Below are positions 26,387 to 39,869 of a stretch of 64,000 bases of DNA, piece after piece. The position numbers and the translations under genes were made by a program. Source of the DNA: Utricularia gibba (taxonomy: Eukaryota > Plantae > Magnoliophyta); NCBI GenBank assembly GCA_002189035.1, contig CM007989.1, forward strand, positions 2,480,001-2,544,000, in the 5' to 3' direction. Below the pieces are notes generated by a model. The model was not told the origin of the DNA and searched no databases. It saw only the letters and a list, made by a program, of their open reading frames with translations. Positions within the stretch are counted from its first letter, which is position 1; every line of letters begins with the position of its first letter.

Positions 26387-26841
26387 TTCATGCTACCACA
26401 AGTGGAGCCTGTTGCAACTGATTACAGGCTTGCTTTCCGATGATGGTGCTTCTTCTCTCTATCAGCAACTAATCACCCGGTAAACCCCTTAAGTTACCAC
26501 GGGGGTGGTTTTTTTTTTTCTTTTGTAAGTGAAAAATCAGTAAGTAAACAGTCCGAAGGTTTAGTGCTGAACAATGAATAACGTTTACCTGGCTGCCTTG
26601 TTTTCTGGGGAACAGCTTTTTCTCATTTTTCAGCCTGAATAGAGATGATTCATTTTTCAGCAATGTAAATGGAAATGAAAACAGAGAACATGACCCAAGT
26701 GACTGCTTTGTGCTTCATCATTTTTAATTCAACGTACATCAAACTTTCTTTTGTACATGATTTTACACGATCCCACACGAACAAGAGAAATTCTATCTTT
26801 TTTGTACTTCAATATGAAGTTGAGATGTAAACTGGTATGAG

Positions 26842-28807
26842 CTACAGGGTCCCTTCATTAACCAGAGGTCGAACTCTGAGGTTCGCAAAGGGGTTGAAAT
26901 GAGACCTGACCCAACCCCAGACAGACTTATTGAAGCCATGGAAATGCACATCAACAGATCTCCTGGTGCCTTTTCTGAAGAACTCCACATTCTTGGTCAC
27001 TCCCTGATCTGTGTTTTCCCCCTCCTCGATCAGCGGAAAAGAAACAGAGCTGGTAGATTCGAGATTCTGAATCCAGCTGTGCACAAGAAAGTTCACGACC
27101 TGGACATAAGTGCAGAATGCAAATAAGTCAGTTGAGACAAGTATATTCATGCATAAACCATTGATGGTTATCTTCCATTCCTCCATTAACCATGCTGCTC
27201 ACCTCAGGGACTTCGTCATGTGGGCAATGACCAGCTGGGCTGATCTCGTAGTACAAGGCATTTGGTACTTGCCTTCTTGCTTGCAAACCCCAGATGGGTG
27301 TAACCCAAGGATCTTCCTTTCCATACACAAGACAAACAGGCTTACCAGTCTCTCGACACCTATGATAAGAAGCAAGGTCAATGGCATTTTTAAAGATGAC
27401 ATATGAATAGGAGAGTCTACTGCATATACCTGGATAGAGTGTCGTTGAAATTTAATCTTCCCTGAGGTGCAAACATGATCGAAGCAAAAGATGCAGCAGC
27501 AGCTGGATGTTGTGTAATCTCCACAATGCGGGTGAAGACCTTATCGACATTCAGTGAGTGGTCTGTGTAAACTTGTCCCAATATTTCAGCAATAGTCCTT
27601 GGATCACTTATTTTCTGCCATCTACCATGCAAGCAGGCATTTAGCATTCTTTTTTCGAGCAACAAACTGATACAAAATCTCACAAAACTCATAATTTGAC
27701 AAACGATGAATCAACCGTGAGTTTTTTTTCATCAGAGAAGAAATCTCACAAAACAGGTTTTAGAGAAATTTAAAGGGACTCACAAAATTGAAACCAGCTT
27801 TCTAATTCTAGGTGGAAGAGGGAATGTTCCAGCCCATGGAAAGAGCCTCGACAGTCTTGGGGATCTTTCTGGGTTCGGAAGCAAACCCCAAAAAGGAGTC
27901 GGATTGAGCAAAATGACACCTTTTACTAACTCAGGATTCAGTGCTGCAAGGTAGAGTGCCATGAATCCACCTAGGGAATTTCCAACTACATATGTTGGTT
28001 CCTTGATCACCTGAAATTTATCCATAGTTGTACATCGCTGAGCTACATTCTCCTTAAGCAAAAAGGAGATAGGCAGGATACGAATTAGAGCACATGAAAG
28101 AATACCTCTTCAACGAAATATCGTACTTGTTCGTGCCAAAAATCAACTGAAAAAGCTAATTCCTCCGCCCAAGCCTCACTTTCATCTCCAAATCCCCAAA
28201 ATTTAATTTCTTCATCTAACTTGTTCTTTTCATCATCAGACTGAAAAGTTGGATCTTCGCGTGGCAATGACATCCCTTGGCCAACAAAATCAAGAGCCCA
28301 GGTTCTATAACGGCGACCAAGATCCTTCAACTGCTTTTCGTAATGAAACGACCCTACTCCAAATCCAGGAAGGAAGAGAACAGAAGGGGAATCTAAATTT
28401 TGAGAACCTGCTCTTTCATAATGGACACTTAGCTTTGGTTTCCATTCCCAGTAATGACTAGTAATAGTAGCCACATCATCACCCCTTTCTTCATCAGGTA
28501 AGCCAGGAATCAAAACCTTTTCCGCTGATTGAGAACTAGCCATGGCACTGCTTCCATTCCCTTCAGAATCAAGAGTGTATGAAGCATAAGCACCACTGGG
28601 ATCATCATAACTGTTCAGACAACAAACCAGCGGAGAACGTTTATGTTGCTTGAGCCTTGAAGAGCGGGAGACTGCTTTGATTCTAAGAAACAGGCGTTTG
28701 GGCCCTGCCCTATGATGCTGAGAATAATGAGAACTTGGTTCCTTCGGATCCATATAACTTGCAACATAATTTATGTTTGCAGAAGGGCAAGATACAAGTT
28801 CCATCAT
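26842..28807 (-). CDS. PPH: Pheophytinase (alpha/beta hydrolase, chlorophyll breakdown)
   Basis: Exons 28807-28106, 28010-27784, 27621-27430, 27359-27203, 27099-26842 give LFLPGFGVGSFHYEKQL, GNSLGG, LLNPTPFWG, HPAAAASFASIMFAP and ISPAGHCPHDEVPE. Confidence 0.93.
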
Positions 28808-29380
28808 CAGGATTAGCTATCTGAAGGTAGTCATGAAGAGCGACTCAGCAAGCTAGACAATTAACGCTCAACGAAACATCCCACAACCCAAACCATCAAA
28901 TCAAAGCGCAAAAACTTAAAAGCCATTACTGGGAAGTATCAATTAAACAGCAAACTAAACGTACCCTTTTCTAACATAGCATTCGAAAGAACAAAGAGCA
29001 ACAAACACCCAGAAAATTCAGAAACTGAATACTAAAGAAAATCGATTCCACAAACTTGAATACAGCTTCGTACATCAGAGTAGCAGCTCAGAGATCAACC
29101 AAATCGCCGCTCCAGGACAAGGCGAAGCAGCAACCACTTTTTAGGAAAAAAGCACTCGGTCAACTAATCGTTTAAAAGAAAACAAACATAAAAATCTAAC
29201 CATTTGAAATAAAACGCCAGACTGAGTATGCCCCTTACATCTTAGGAGTTGAGTGCACGCCTTTCGTTCCAAACCTGTGAATCCAGTTCTTCAAGGGACC
29301 ACGCGCAGCTTGATATCAACAGTTCTCTTCTTTTTTTTTGTGTTTTTATTAAGATGCCCACAATAATAATCAATGAGATA

Positions 29381-29427
29381 CACGTGTCAAAATTAGACAC
29401 GCGGCTGTAAACGACGGGATACGTGTC
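29381..29427. promoter_or_regulatory. ABRE/G-box and CE3-like cluster upstream of PPH
   Basis: CACGTGTC at 29381-29388, GACACGCGG at 29396-29404 (reverse strand CCGCGTGTC) and ACGTGTC at 29421-29427. Confidence 0.45.
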
Positions 29428-29600
29428 TCGGGATCTCTACAAGAAGTGTGGTTGGACGTTTTACAAATAAAGGCGCGAAATTTACAATAAGTTCAAGGAA
29501 TCAGGAAAAAGAAGACAACTTTGAAGCATTACACTGAAGCAGCCCTTCAGGAAAGCATGAGATACTTGTAGCTCAAGAACTTGGCTTCCTGTCGTTTAAA

Positions 29601-31810
29601 CTAAGCACTCTCGAACCCAAATATCCGGAAGACACCTGACCAACAAAACCATCATATAAGCATCGACATCGATATCGTAGTCCAGGAGAGGTTGAGGGGG
29701 TTGATCCCATTTAGTGTGTGGAGTGTTTTGAACAGGCTGAAGATGGGAGGGAGAACTGGGAGGTTCTGTACCTTCATCAGTCTGATACTTGTTCTTATCA
29801 TCTCCCGCGTAGGCAAGCAAGTTGTACTTTGGATTCCATTCCACACTATTCATGGCAGCTCGGCATGGAATTTGATGGACGGACCGGCCAGTTTGTACGT
29901 TGGACTGCCAAGGAATTTGTATTAGAGGATAACAGAAGCTTTACTTGGAGGAGAAACAGACAGGATGTTGTGAAAGCTCACAATATCTATGAACAAATCC
30001 TCACTAGCAGAGGCGATGTACTCTCCGCTGTGGTTAAAGCTTATCGTTCGAACTGGCCATCTGTTTCAGTTACAGGAAACGATTAGAGACTTAGCATACT
30101 TGCAAGAAATGTACTGCCTCCGCTGATCCTTGTATATGCGTTCCAGGCATAGGGTCATCCCAATGGGAATCAGAAAACTTACTCAAGCTTTGTGAATGTC
30201 CGGACGCAGAGCATGTCATTAATATCCCAGAGGCTCACCAAAGAATCAGCACTTCCCACAGCAAAATACCTTTGGAAGAGAAGATTTTCAGAAACAACTC
30301 CTCAAGTTCAAGATTAAGTTCTATTTTCCCGTAAAACAAGCTTAGCATTGCAAATCAAACTGATCGGTTTTGCAGATCACATGAATAATGGAAATAGTGA
30401 ATATCAGCGGCAAACCTTCCCAGTGGATCAATTGCAATGCAGTAGCAACCCGCTGTATGCGCCATGAGGGTTTGAACTGGTTTGAGGGAAGGATATGCAA
30501 GGACTTCCACGGTACCTGAATTGGGGAACAAGAATGTGTAAGAAAACAACCCAAAATCGACCAGGAGCTAAAAGGGTTATAGTCAACCATTTCCAGTAGT
30601 TAAAAAGAACAGATCACCACCCATGTTCCAGGCTATCTCATTCACCTGATAACAAAATAATGACAAAAAAGAATTAAGCATCCGTTAAGTGAGTGCAGCA
30701 TACAGAATATTTCTAGTTAGAGCAGATTTATATTCATGATTTGCATTGATAAAAAATCCATCATAAAACACAGATTCCGTGTCATGGTATCGAAGTAATC
30801 AGTCAGCAAGCGAATGCACCTCATAGCTGAATTTTCGCTTGTGTATGGGCTTATATTTGCGAACATCCAATATTGTTAATTCATCATCCTGTAACAAATA
30901 GGCATGTCTTAACAGATAAACTCTCACAAAAGAAAAGAATGCGGTGCAGGATAACTTTATACCCTGTTACCAACAGCTATGTGAGATCCATCAGGCTTGT
31001 AGGTTATATTAATATTTTCTCCACTAAGTTCGACTTGCTGGGAGCACTTCCCGCCTATAAAAGAACAGATAATAGTTACAAAAGGGTAGCCAAAGCAAGG
31101 ATTGATAGAACAACACATAGAACAACACGCCATGGAAACTAGTGTAACATCTCCGGCCTATTAACTACTGTATTAAAGAAAATAGTAGATGAAGAAGAAA
31201 CTATTACTTACTTCTGGCATCCCATAAACGAACAGTTTTGTCACCCGATGCCGTTGCAACCAAATCAGCGTGTCTGGGGTCCCAGCATAATTGGTCAACA
31301 CTATCTGTGTGCCCCTTCAACTCAATATCCTTGACCTTGCTCTGCATAATGATAAAGGGTTCTAAAACAACAAGAACGATTTTTTTTAACAATTTCGGTT
31401 GCAGGGTTTTCTCGTTCACCAACTAGAAAAAGCGAAATTTCGAGTACCTAAGAAAAAGCACTACAGAAACGCGGATGGGCAAATGGGAAATTTGAACCGT
31501 CATTTAAGCCAGAAATTAGAGCGAGACTCACATGGCCATGAGGTTCGATTTGCCACACACGAGCAGTCTGATCTACTGAACCAGAGGCGAGCTTCGTACC
31601 CGTACAATTCCACGCTACAGAATGCACCTTTCATCCAAAAAAGAAGTGCAAATGTTGCTACAACAAATCCCTACTGAGATAAATCGAAATATAGTATGTT
31701 TAAAGGAAAGAAGACGCTCAAAAGGACGAGCTCTGTGATGATCGCACCTTCTTCTTGTGGCCTTGATACTCTCTGCTGTGAAGGGATTTGAAAGGTATCG
31801 TTTCTTCCAT
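29601..31810 (-). CDS. THO3: THO complex subunit 3 (TEX1), WD40 protein
   Basis: MEETIPFKSLHSREYQGHKKK|VHSVAWNCTGTKLASGSVDQTARVW, ELKGHTDSVDQLCWDP, LMAHTAGCYCIAIDP, MNSVEWNPKYNLLAYAGDDK and the C-terminus VFRIFGFESA. Confidence 0.95.
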
Positions 31811-32148
31811 GCCCACTTCTTCCTACGACTACGAATGCAACTTACTCCCTGCTGTTAAAAAGCACTGTAGGTAAAAATAAATAATCAATCAAAATCTTTT
31901 GGGCCAGGACCAACAAAGATGTTGGGCTTCAGACTAGCGGCCCATTTATTGATTTTAATTCATCGAGCCCACACCCCACCAAGGTTGTATTATTTAAATA
32001 GCTACTAAATTATTTTTAATATGTTATTTTCAAGTGTGATGGCGATAATGCGTATGTTTGTAAGGTTTTGGACTTTGGAGCTTTGAAAAAAACACACACA
32101 GAACAAAGTCCCTGCTCAAAGGTAAAAGAAGAGCAGGAGAACTGGGCA

Positions 32149-33191
32149 CTAAGTAGGAACAATGCTGCGATTGTTTGATAATGTCTGGGAAATGAGTACT
32201 GCTAGAAGGAGGAGGAGGAGCTGGATGATAACATATGATGCATGCTTGCACACTGTTGCAGCATTCACCTCACTGTTGCCAAGAATCACTGCCGCTTCCT
32301 TGGGATACTTGTCTTCTTTATCTGTAAGTTCCTCGAAGTGGCTTGGCAGTTGTGCCTTTTCTTCTCCATAAGTAGTGAAATTGAGGGATTGCACAGTTGC
32401 CGCTATCACTGAATTCACAACTTCAGTCTCGATCTTTTTCGTCAGCTGCTCATCACTTTCAACTCCAATGCCTTTGCTACTCTTTTGTACATCTGTTGAT
32501 TCGGGAGAGTGCTGGAATCCAGAAGGTGAGGAATGCTGAGAGATTTTGAAGTGGAGATCTGATATTGGCTCTTCAGCATCTTTGCTGATTTCCCTTAACA
32601 ACAACAGTTCTACAAGATAATACAGGACACATGCTTAAAAGAGCTTACTTTCATACACACATTTGCGTTCTTTTCTTCATTTGAATAACAATGAAGAGGA
32701 TAAAACCAAAGCATACCTTTTCCCAAAGCTTCTTGTACTGTCTCTAGTTCAAACATAACTTCAAACAAAGGATCCTTGTTTTCCTGGAAACCATGTTCCC
32801 TCTCCTTAACCTCCAAAGATGGCTTTTTTACTTCATCTTCAGGCAACAAGTCTCGGCATCCTCCATCATCATCTTGCTTACCGCTACCTGAAACTTCATC
32901 ATCATCATTTTGAACTCTTACTCCATCTTGGGAACGACGCTCATCATTGTTCCCATCATTGTTCACCGTCACACCCACGAAGTTCCCAGCAATGCAACGG
33001 ACCCTTTGTTCCTGACCATTTTGTGGAGTTTTTCTACCATCAACCATAGATGACTCGAGGCTGCACGAATTACTTGAACCCACGTCTTCATCAACGATCC
33101 CAGATGTCTGGATGAAATCCACTTCAAGGGTCGCTCCAAGTCCTCGAGGGTGTTCATTTTCTGCTCGAGATCTCCCACCTTCAAACTCCAT
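32149..33191 (-). CDS. WIP: WPP-domain interacting protein (WIP)-like plant KASH protein
   Basis: Two exons (33191-32717, 32609-32149) give KDPLFEVMFELETVQEALGKELLLLREISK, KKIETEV, the TM segment YVIIQLLLLLLAVLI and a luminal tail ending in IVPT. Confidence 0.8.
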
Positions 33192-34058
33192 TGCGGCTGG
33201 TAGACGAATAAGGACTCAAGTTGAGGGATCAAGACCAAAACAAGCGACAAAAACTCTTTACCATTTGCTGGATCAACAAGCAAGCGGCCAATTATTCTCC
33301 AAAAGCAACATCCAATAAATAATCTTCACCACCAGATCCACGACTCCCATAAACCCAACTCAGTTCCTCCAATTTAACACTGTGAGAGACCCGTAAAAAT
33401 GTTACCTTTGACACGCTGAGAACGGAGAGCGTCCGCCTAGCACAAAACCGCGGACGCAGACCAAATCCCCAAGTAAAATGATGATAAAACCCTAAATAAA
33501 ACTGAATTTGCCTGATGATCTATCTGGATCCCACCACAACGTGGCAGCACAAGGGACCTACAGCCACGCCAATTATTTACTCCAAAAATATATTTTATAC
33601 CCAAAATAAACATATATATATTATCAATAAGTATTTTTTTAATTTTTTGATAGTCAACAGATTTTAAAATACTTAAATTATATTGATATAATAAATTATA
33701 TTTACCGACCCATTAATCATTATCTGTCCTCATGCTGACCCGCCTGGTTATTTACCATCTTTTCTAAAAAAAAAAAAAACATCACATTTGCATATTCATA
33801 TGGAAAAATCTACAAAAAAAACTCATTTAGGTTCATTACAAAATCAGCGACCATTATGACAGCTCACAGTGTCAAGAGTTCGCATTGCAGCCTGAGTTCT
33901 TTGTTATCTGGTGATGCTGATGAAAAACCCCTTGCTTCATTGAGAAATCAGCTGCAGCTGAATCGGCTGGTACAAGGCACACTATAGAGATCTGCTAACT
34001 GGGAATTGGATAGGATCATTTTGTTGGATCATTGCCCCTTGTGTGTTGTAAGCAAACC

Positions 34059-37000
34059 TCAGTGAAGAGTAGTCATTGTTTCGCGGAGTAAGACCTGCTG
34101 ATGGAGGCCGGAACCCGAGCATCCACCAAAATCTGTTCTGGAACCAGAGTGATGGTATGGATAAGAATCCATCTGCTGTGGGAATGTACAGTTTCGTGTG
34201 GAACCAGGTGTGGCACTTTGAGACGAGGGACAGTCCTGAGCATTGCTGGTGGAGGGGACGTTTGCAACCAGGTGAGATTCGTTTTTGTCCACTACCATCA
34301 AGTTCTTTCCCATCAACCTGAGAACAGGACTTGGAGATGAACCAAACGAAACACAGTGATCGTAGGTAGAAAACCGGGCGTCTGGTTGACAGGAAGGAGT
34401 CCCACTGGCAATGAAATAAAATGAGGCTGGTGCTGTAGTTGATCCATTGAGGACATTTTTGGATCTCACACTGAAATCATGGCAGCATTCCTTTGTTTGG
34501 CCATGATCCATCTGGAATGTAAAGGGAATCGAAGGCACAAGCATTGGTCGAGGCCATGATTCCAGAGGCACATCCTGCTCAACTCCCTCACATATATATG
34601 ACTCGCCACTCTTGAACCTTGAAGAACCCAACACCGACTTGTGGGACTCTGTTTCATGGCCAATGGATCCGACAACTATGGGATAGCCTAGAGCAACATC
34701 TTGCGGAGTCTCATTATAGCTTACTCCAGATACTCTAACTGTTCCTGCAGTAAAGGGGTTGGACACAAACGAAGTGCCAGAGACTGGAGAATTAGCCGAC
34801 TCTGTATTAGCCAGCTCATGTTCATCTTCTGAAGAATGTACCCTGCAAGTAGTCAGGGATGAATTCCCTTGAGGTTCTTCGGAGCCAACACGCCCTTGGC
34901 TAGGAAGAAACGAGCCCGGTGGCTCTGGTATCTTTATTGGGTCGACATCAAAAGAGTACTTGTCTTGCTCCTCAAAACCATTCATTTCGGTCTCAAAATG
35001 TGTAACTAGATGACCATCCAACAAGTTTCCATGTAAACTGGCAGAATCATGAGAGACCACGGAATCTTCTTTACCTAATCTCTTGGAAGTCGTCTTCTTG
35101 CTTACATTTAACTGCTGAATTTGAGCCTTCTTAAGAGCATCCCGTTTATACGGTGGACTGACAGGACAATCAGTACCCTTTATAAGATGGCAATCCTTCT
35201 CAACTCCACGAGTTTCACGTTCATGTGAAGTATCCAAGTACATAGAAGCGTAATCTTGATCTTTACAAGTATTGGAAGTATCATGCCTTTGCTTACGGAA
35301 CCTGAACTCCAGGCTCTCAACTGACCTGCAAGGGGCATTTTCAAGCTGAGGGGTTTTTTCAAAGTGATTATCGTGCCCTTGAATAGGATTTACTGTTGCC
35401 TCCTCTCCAGAACTCACTGAATGGCAGAGCATAGAACTCTTGGTATCCTTTCCCCTCTTCAACTTTTTTGCCCAACCTTCACCCCCAGAGAACATGGCGC
35501 GGTCTTGTGATTTCTTCTTGCAAAATGAAAATCTTGTTTGAGCAGATCTTTCACTTTCAGACTCAACAAAAGTCCTGCTAATCCTCTTTTGAACCATCAT
35601 TTTCTCCCTAGATTCTGAAATGCAGTTTTTTCCTCTCTTTCTCAGGAGAGACTGTAGTTCAGCAAACTCATGTGAACTTTTACTGCCTTCAGCAGACAAA
35701 GAGATGTCATGGGTAGCCAGAGTTGGGGGAGTTGAACCATTGGTTTTTATTGTAGAACGATAACCCAGCAATGCGGATCTAGTCTTTTTTATTTTCCATT
35801 CATGATTATAAATTTTCAAGTGTCTACTTCTACTTTCTGAACCATGACATGTCACCTGATCACAGGCATTGGAATGACTATGCACATCATCACTCTCATA
35901 TTCTTCATGGTGAGATGATTCTTCATCACCATTACGAGCCTAGACATCATAAAATCAAGCACAAATAATCATTTGTCTCAATAAACAAGCATTGCTGCAG
36001 TACCAGTAATACACTAACATCAAATTCGTAAGCACTCAATACATTTTCTTCTACCAATAGAAATGCAAAATGCCCTCAATGAACTCATTCAACTTTATGC
36101 TGTTTTAGTCATTTTGATACGTTAGCATAGTTGAAATCAAACAAGATTTTAAAGCAATCATTCAACAAAAATCCATGTAAACTGGAACCGCATACCTTGA
36201 GAATGTTTCTAGGAATGCAGGAATAACTTCCTCTAGGAGGGCATTGTAGCATTTTGTGTCTCTGATTAAGATGCTGATTCTTTTTACCTGATACACTTCT
36301 TTTGTCTTTATCATTTTTCACTGTTCCCTTGGATTCACCGTCACCCTTTTGACCTGGTTTCTCTTGAGGAAGAGTCGGCTTTGATAGTATTCGAAGCTTC
36401 CTGCCACTGGAATCAATGTAAACAGCCTCTTCATTTTCATTTACATGACTGATAGAAGGCCTGTTATTCATATCCTCAGAACAAACACCATGGTTGTTGT
36501 CCTCAATATTATCAGGCGAAAGTACAGTATTCTTCTCTACGGATCTTCCCTCCGGCTCCTGATAACCAGAGAATGCAGCTTGGATTATCCCATTTCGTTT
36601 TTCAAGATCCTCCAAGGTACATTGCAGAGAAGTTGCATAGATATCCACCATTAATCTTGTTTTCCTTGCCCTCATCTTATGCTTAATTGCTGAATTTGAT
36701 ATACATTTGTTTGTTGGCTCCACAGAAAGACACTGATCAATATGCGCATTCAAAGTGGTGTTGGATGTAGACGAAAATGTCTTACAGATGGGGCAAATTT
36801 TCGAAGCCATTGCTTGCAAAACCAAAGATGAGTTTCCAGGCAACACTTCCTTTGTCTTTTGCTCAGCAGTGCAGCTCAATTTCAAACCTGAGCCGTACTT
36901 TTTAACAGGATTTGGGATATTGTTTCTTACCGTGTCAGTGGCAGCGTTCAATGCAAGTTCAGGATTTTTTGTCAATTTTTCAGCTTGTGGTTCCAACGAA

Positions 37001-37719
37001 CAGTTTTCTGCTACCAATACTGAATCCCCCTCAAAGCCCGGGGTTTTTCTCAGTTCAAATAACTCCCGAGATGAATCCTCTACTTTTTCGGACACATTTC
37101 CAACCGAAAACTGGTTACCCCCAGAACTGAGAGACTGATATGGTGGCAACACATGCTGCACTCTATGTCTCAAACAAAGTTGCAAACTTTTTTTAGAAAA
37201 TGGCCAGTGATTCTCGAGATCTTTTCCCCTAGTCGTGAACACATAATCCCTGCAGCACCGTCAGAAAACATGAAAAGCAACAAAATCAGTAGGACCTTCA
37301 GTCAACAACAGCATGGCATCGTACAGCTGTGATGTTCTATCAAGTGGGAACCAAAATGATTATTTAAGCTTGTACAATTTAGCGGAGAGCGCATAAAATC
37401 ACCAAAAGGGTTTGTTTACCAAAGATAAATCATATGCCACAGAAAACAACATCAGTTATCCATAATAAGATCTTAAGAAACTGAAGAAGAAAAGGTCTGA
37501 TATTGTCCGCTGAGCAAACCCATTCTGTCACATGAGATAATCTAGCAAACCGGATAATCTTTACCTGATGGAGAACTTGGAAACTGGGTCTTCGTAACCA
37601 AGGTCGGCCTTGGGCAGATCTACACGAATCTGCTGCTGATTATCACCAAAACTAGTTCCATCGCCGTTCACTGTAAATATTTCAGGTGGATCTGAAGAAG
37701 GGAGTACACGGGACAACAT
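34059..37719 (-). CDS. HAPLESS 8-like protein with a UBZ-type C2HC zinc finger
   Basis: Exons 37719-37565, 37249-36196, 35939-34059 give KFSIRDYVFTTRGKDLENHWPFSKKSLQLCL, CPICKTFSSTSNTTLNAHIDQCL, AVYIDSSGRKLRILSK and PVLRLMGKNLMV. Confidence 0.82.
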
Positions 37720-39035
37720 CTGCTGAAATTCTTCTTCTTGCTTCTTGTGCTGTCTAACCAACAGTCACAAGAACTCGATGTATTTCCTTTCGCCTTCAGC
37801 ATAACATTAGCCTATTACGGCAAAAAAAGGATAGAAAAAGAGGAAACTCCACCACCATAGAATTCTTAGACTTCAGACTCAAATCAAACCCCACTCAAAA
37901 ACTTCAACAGGCCATCCTCTGCAAGAAAATATAGTGGAGGAATTAATTTAATAGAAGATCAGAAGTTAAAGAAACGACCCACAAACAATCAGGCAAAGAA
38001 CTGTAGATTCCTAGACCTGAGTGGGTTACATTGAGCTGCATCATTACCAATACAAAAACGAAGGCTGTAAAGAGAAACAACCCACGACAAAACCCTTAAA
38101 CAAGCGTTATTTTATGTGGTAAAAAAATAACCAAGGCCATCAATCTCAGGGGAAAGCGGAAATGACCCATTTCATAAAGCAAGCTAATTGTGTAGAATCA
38201 TGAAGAAACTGGGTAGCCATTCCATCACCAAGCATCGTAAGAGCTTGAAAATAAGTACCAGATCCACACCTCCAGTCAGCAAACATGTGGTTAAAAAAGC
38301 TCTTTGAGGAAGTATGGCGGAGGAAAATAGAAGCCCAAAACATATTCCAGATAAAAACGCGAACACCAGCAGCAATCATAAGTTTCTTCACAAGGAGCTT
38401 AGTTAAACCAGAAAGAATTTAAGAAAGATTCAAATGAAGAGTTTTTCCAAGTGGGTTTGAATCATGGAGCAAGCCCACTGGGAGAACAGAGAATGGAACA
38501 AGGAAAACACACTTTTACCCACCCCACGTATCAAAAAGGGGGTATCTAGTTCTCAATTCAGCACCGAAAAGAGCACTTCGAAAGCACAACACGTTTCTCC
38601 GAGTGAATTTCCCGATCAACCCCAAATTATCGCGAAATGAGGGTGAATATGCTTCTGTGTGAGTGAGAAAGGACAGAGGAAGGCAAGAAAAAATGCAAGG
38701 TGTTGCTTTCAAGTTTCAAACAAGTTTAAAAGGAAGGAAGACAGCAAAACCAAGGATTTTGAGATTGGAAGCTGGAACGGGGGGCAGGCGCCAACTTGGG
38801 GCCCACCGCTAAACCTAACCATACCCTACTGCTCCCACTTCCTCTGAACGAGTTGACCCTTGTACCCTCCTCTTGATTCAAAAACACGCGGGTAAAACCG
38901 TAATTCACGTTTAGAAAAAATTATACTAATTACAGAAAGATTTATGAAATTAAAAAAAAGTTTTATTTTCCGAAATTGGTTTATCGAAATAAAAAATAAA
39001 TAAACTGATCAGAAAATGGTGGTGGTCTGGTGTCA

Positions 39036-39869
39036 TCATCCAGTCTTCCAGGCATAAATGAAGTGGCAGAATCCCAAGGCATCAACACCAGAAAAACAAC
39101 CTGGTCGTCGTCCCAAAGCATCCTCCTCCTCTGGCTCGCCCAGCTCCTCCCCTCCTCTCCTGAACACAAAAATCCCTACGCTACAACGACGGGGACTGTA
39201 AAGCCAGTCATGCACGTCCCACAGCACCTCCACCGGGAAATCATCAACGGCAATCGTCTCGTTCCCTCTGAACCTCCAGTGCAGATTCGGCACCCGGAAC
39301 TCGATCTCATCCACCCTGATCCACATCTCGGGATCGAAGGGATCCTGCAGGCACGATTCCAGCACGATGTCGTGCTCCTTGTCGTCTTGCCCCAATGTCG
39401 TTTTGGTGCAGAAGCAGCGCTTGGCGTATACGATCTCCTTCCTGTGCACCAGAAGCGCAGCTTCAGGGGACATCTTGGATTTCGACCGTTTCAGGGCCTC
39501 CTTCTTCTGGTCGCCCAGGAGGAGGACTAACTCCCCTTTCGACACCATCGCCACGTAGTAATCAGAGTCGGGCTCCGGTCTGGATGTGAACTTCGCTCCC
39601 CGGAGATCCCAAAAGACGTCCACCTTTCTCTCCGCCAGTGTTATTTTGAGACCCTTCTTCCCCCAAAACTGCCATGTCTTCAAATCGATCTTGCACGTGT
39701 AGTGATCCTCCCCTGCATCTGGGATCTCCGCCGTCATGTACAGGTAATGCGTCATCAGAGTCTTCGCCCATGTCACCGTCACGGTGAACACCACGTTCTG
39801 AAGGTTCACTCTGTGGATGCAGGAAACGAAGTTGTCCTCTTTTGAATCATGCAGCGCTTCACCCATCAA
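39036..39869 (-). CDS. DUF868 family protein (single exon)
   Basis: CKIDLKTWQFWGKKG, VFWDLRGAKFTSRPEPDSDYYVAMV and NLHWRFRGNETI...VLWDVHDWL. Confidence 0.9.
   Translation of the reverse strand: MMGEALHDSKEDNFVSCIHRVNLQNVVFTVTVTWAKTLMTHYLYMTAEIPDAGEDHYTCKIDLKTWQFWGKKGLKITLAERKVDVFWDLRGAKFTSRPEPDSDYYVAMVSKGELVLLLGDQKKEALKRSKSKMSPEAALLVHRKEIVYAKRCFCTKTTLGQDDKEHDIVLESCLQDPFDPEMWIRVDEIEFRVPNLHWRFRGNETIAVDDFPVEVLWDVHDWLYSPRRCSVGIFVFRRGGEELGEPEEEDALGRRPGCFSGVDALGFCHFIYAWKTG

Noticed and set aside
38146-38391. Minus-strand ORFs in the HAP8-like leader, as possible conserved uORFs
   Set aside because: No recognised conserved peptide, and probably intronic.
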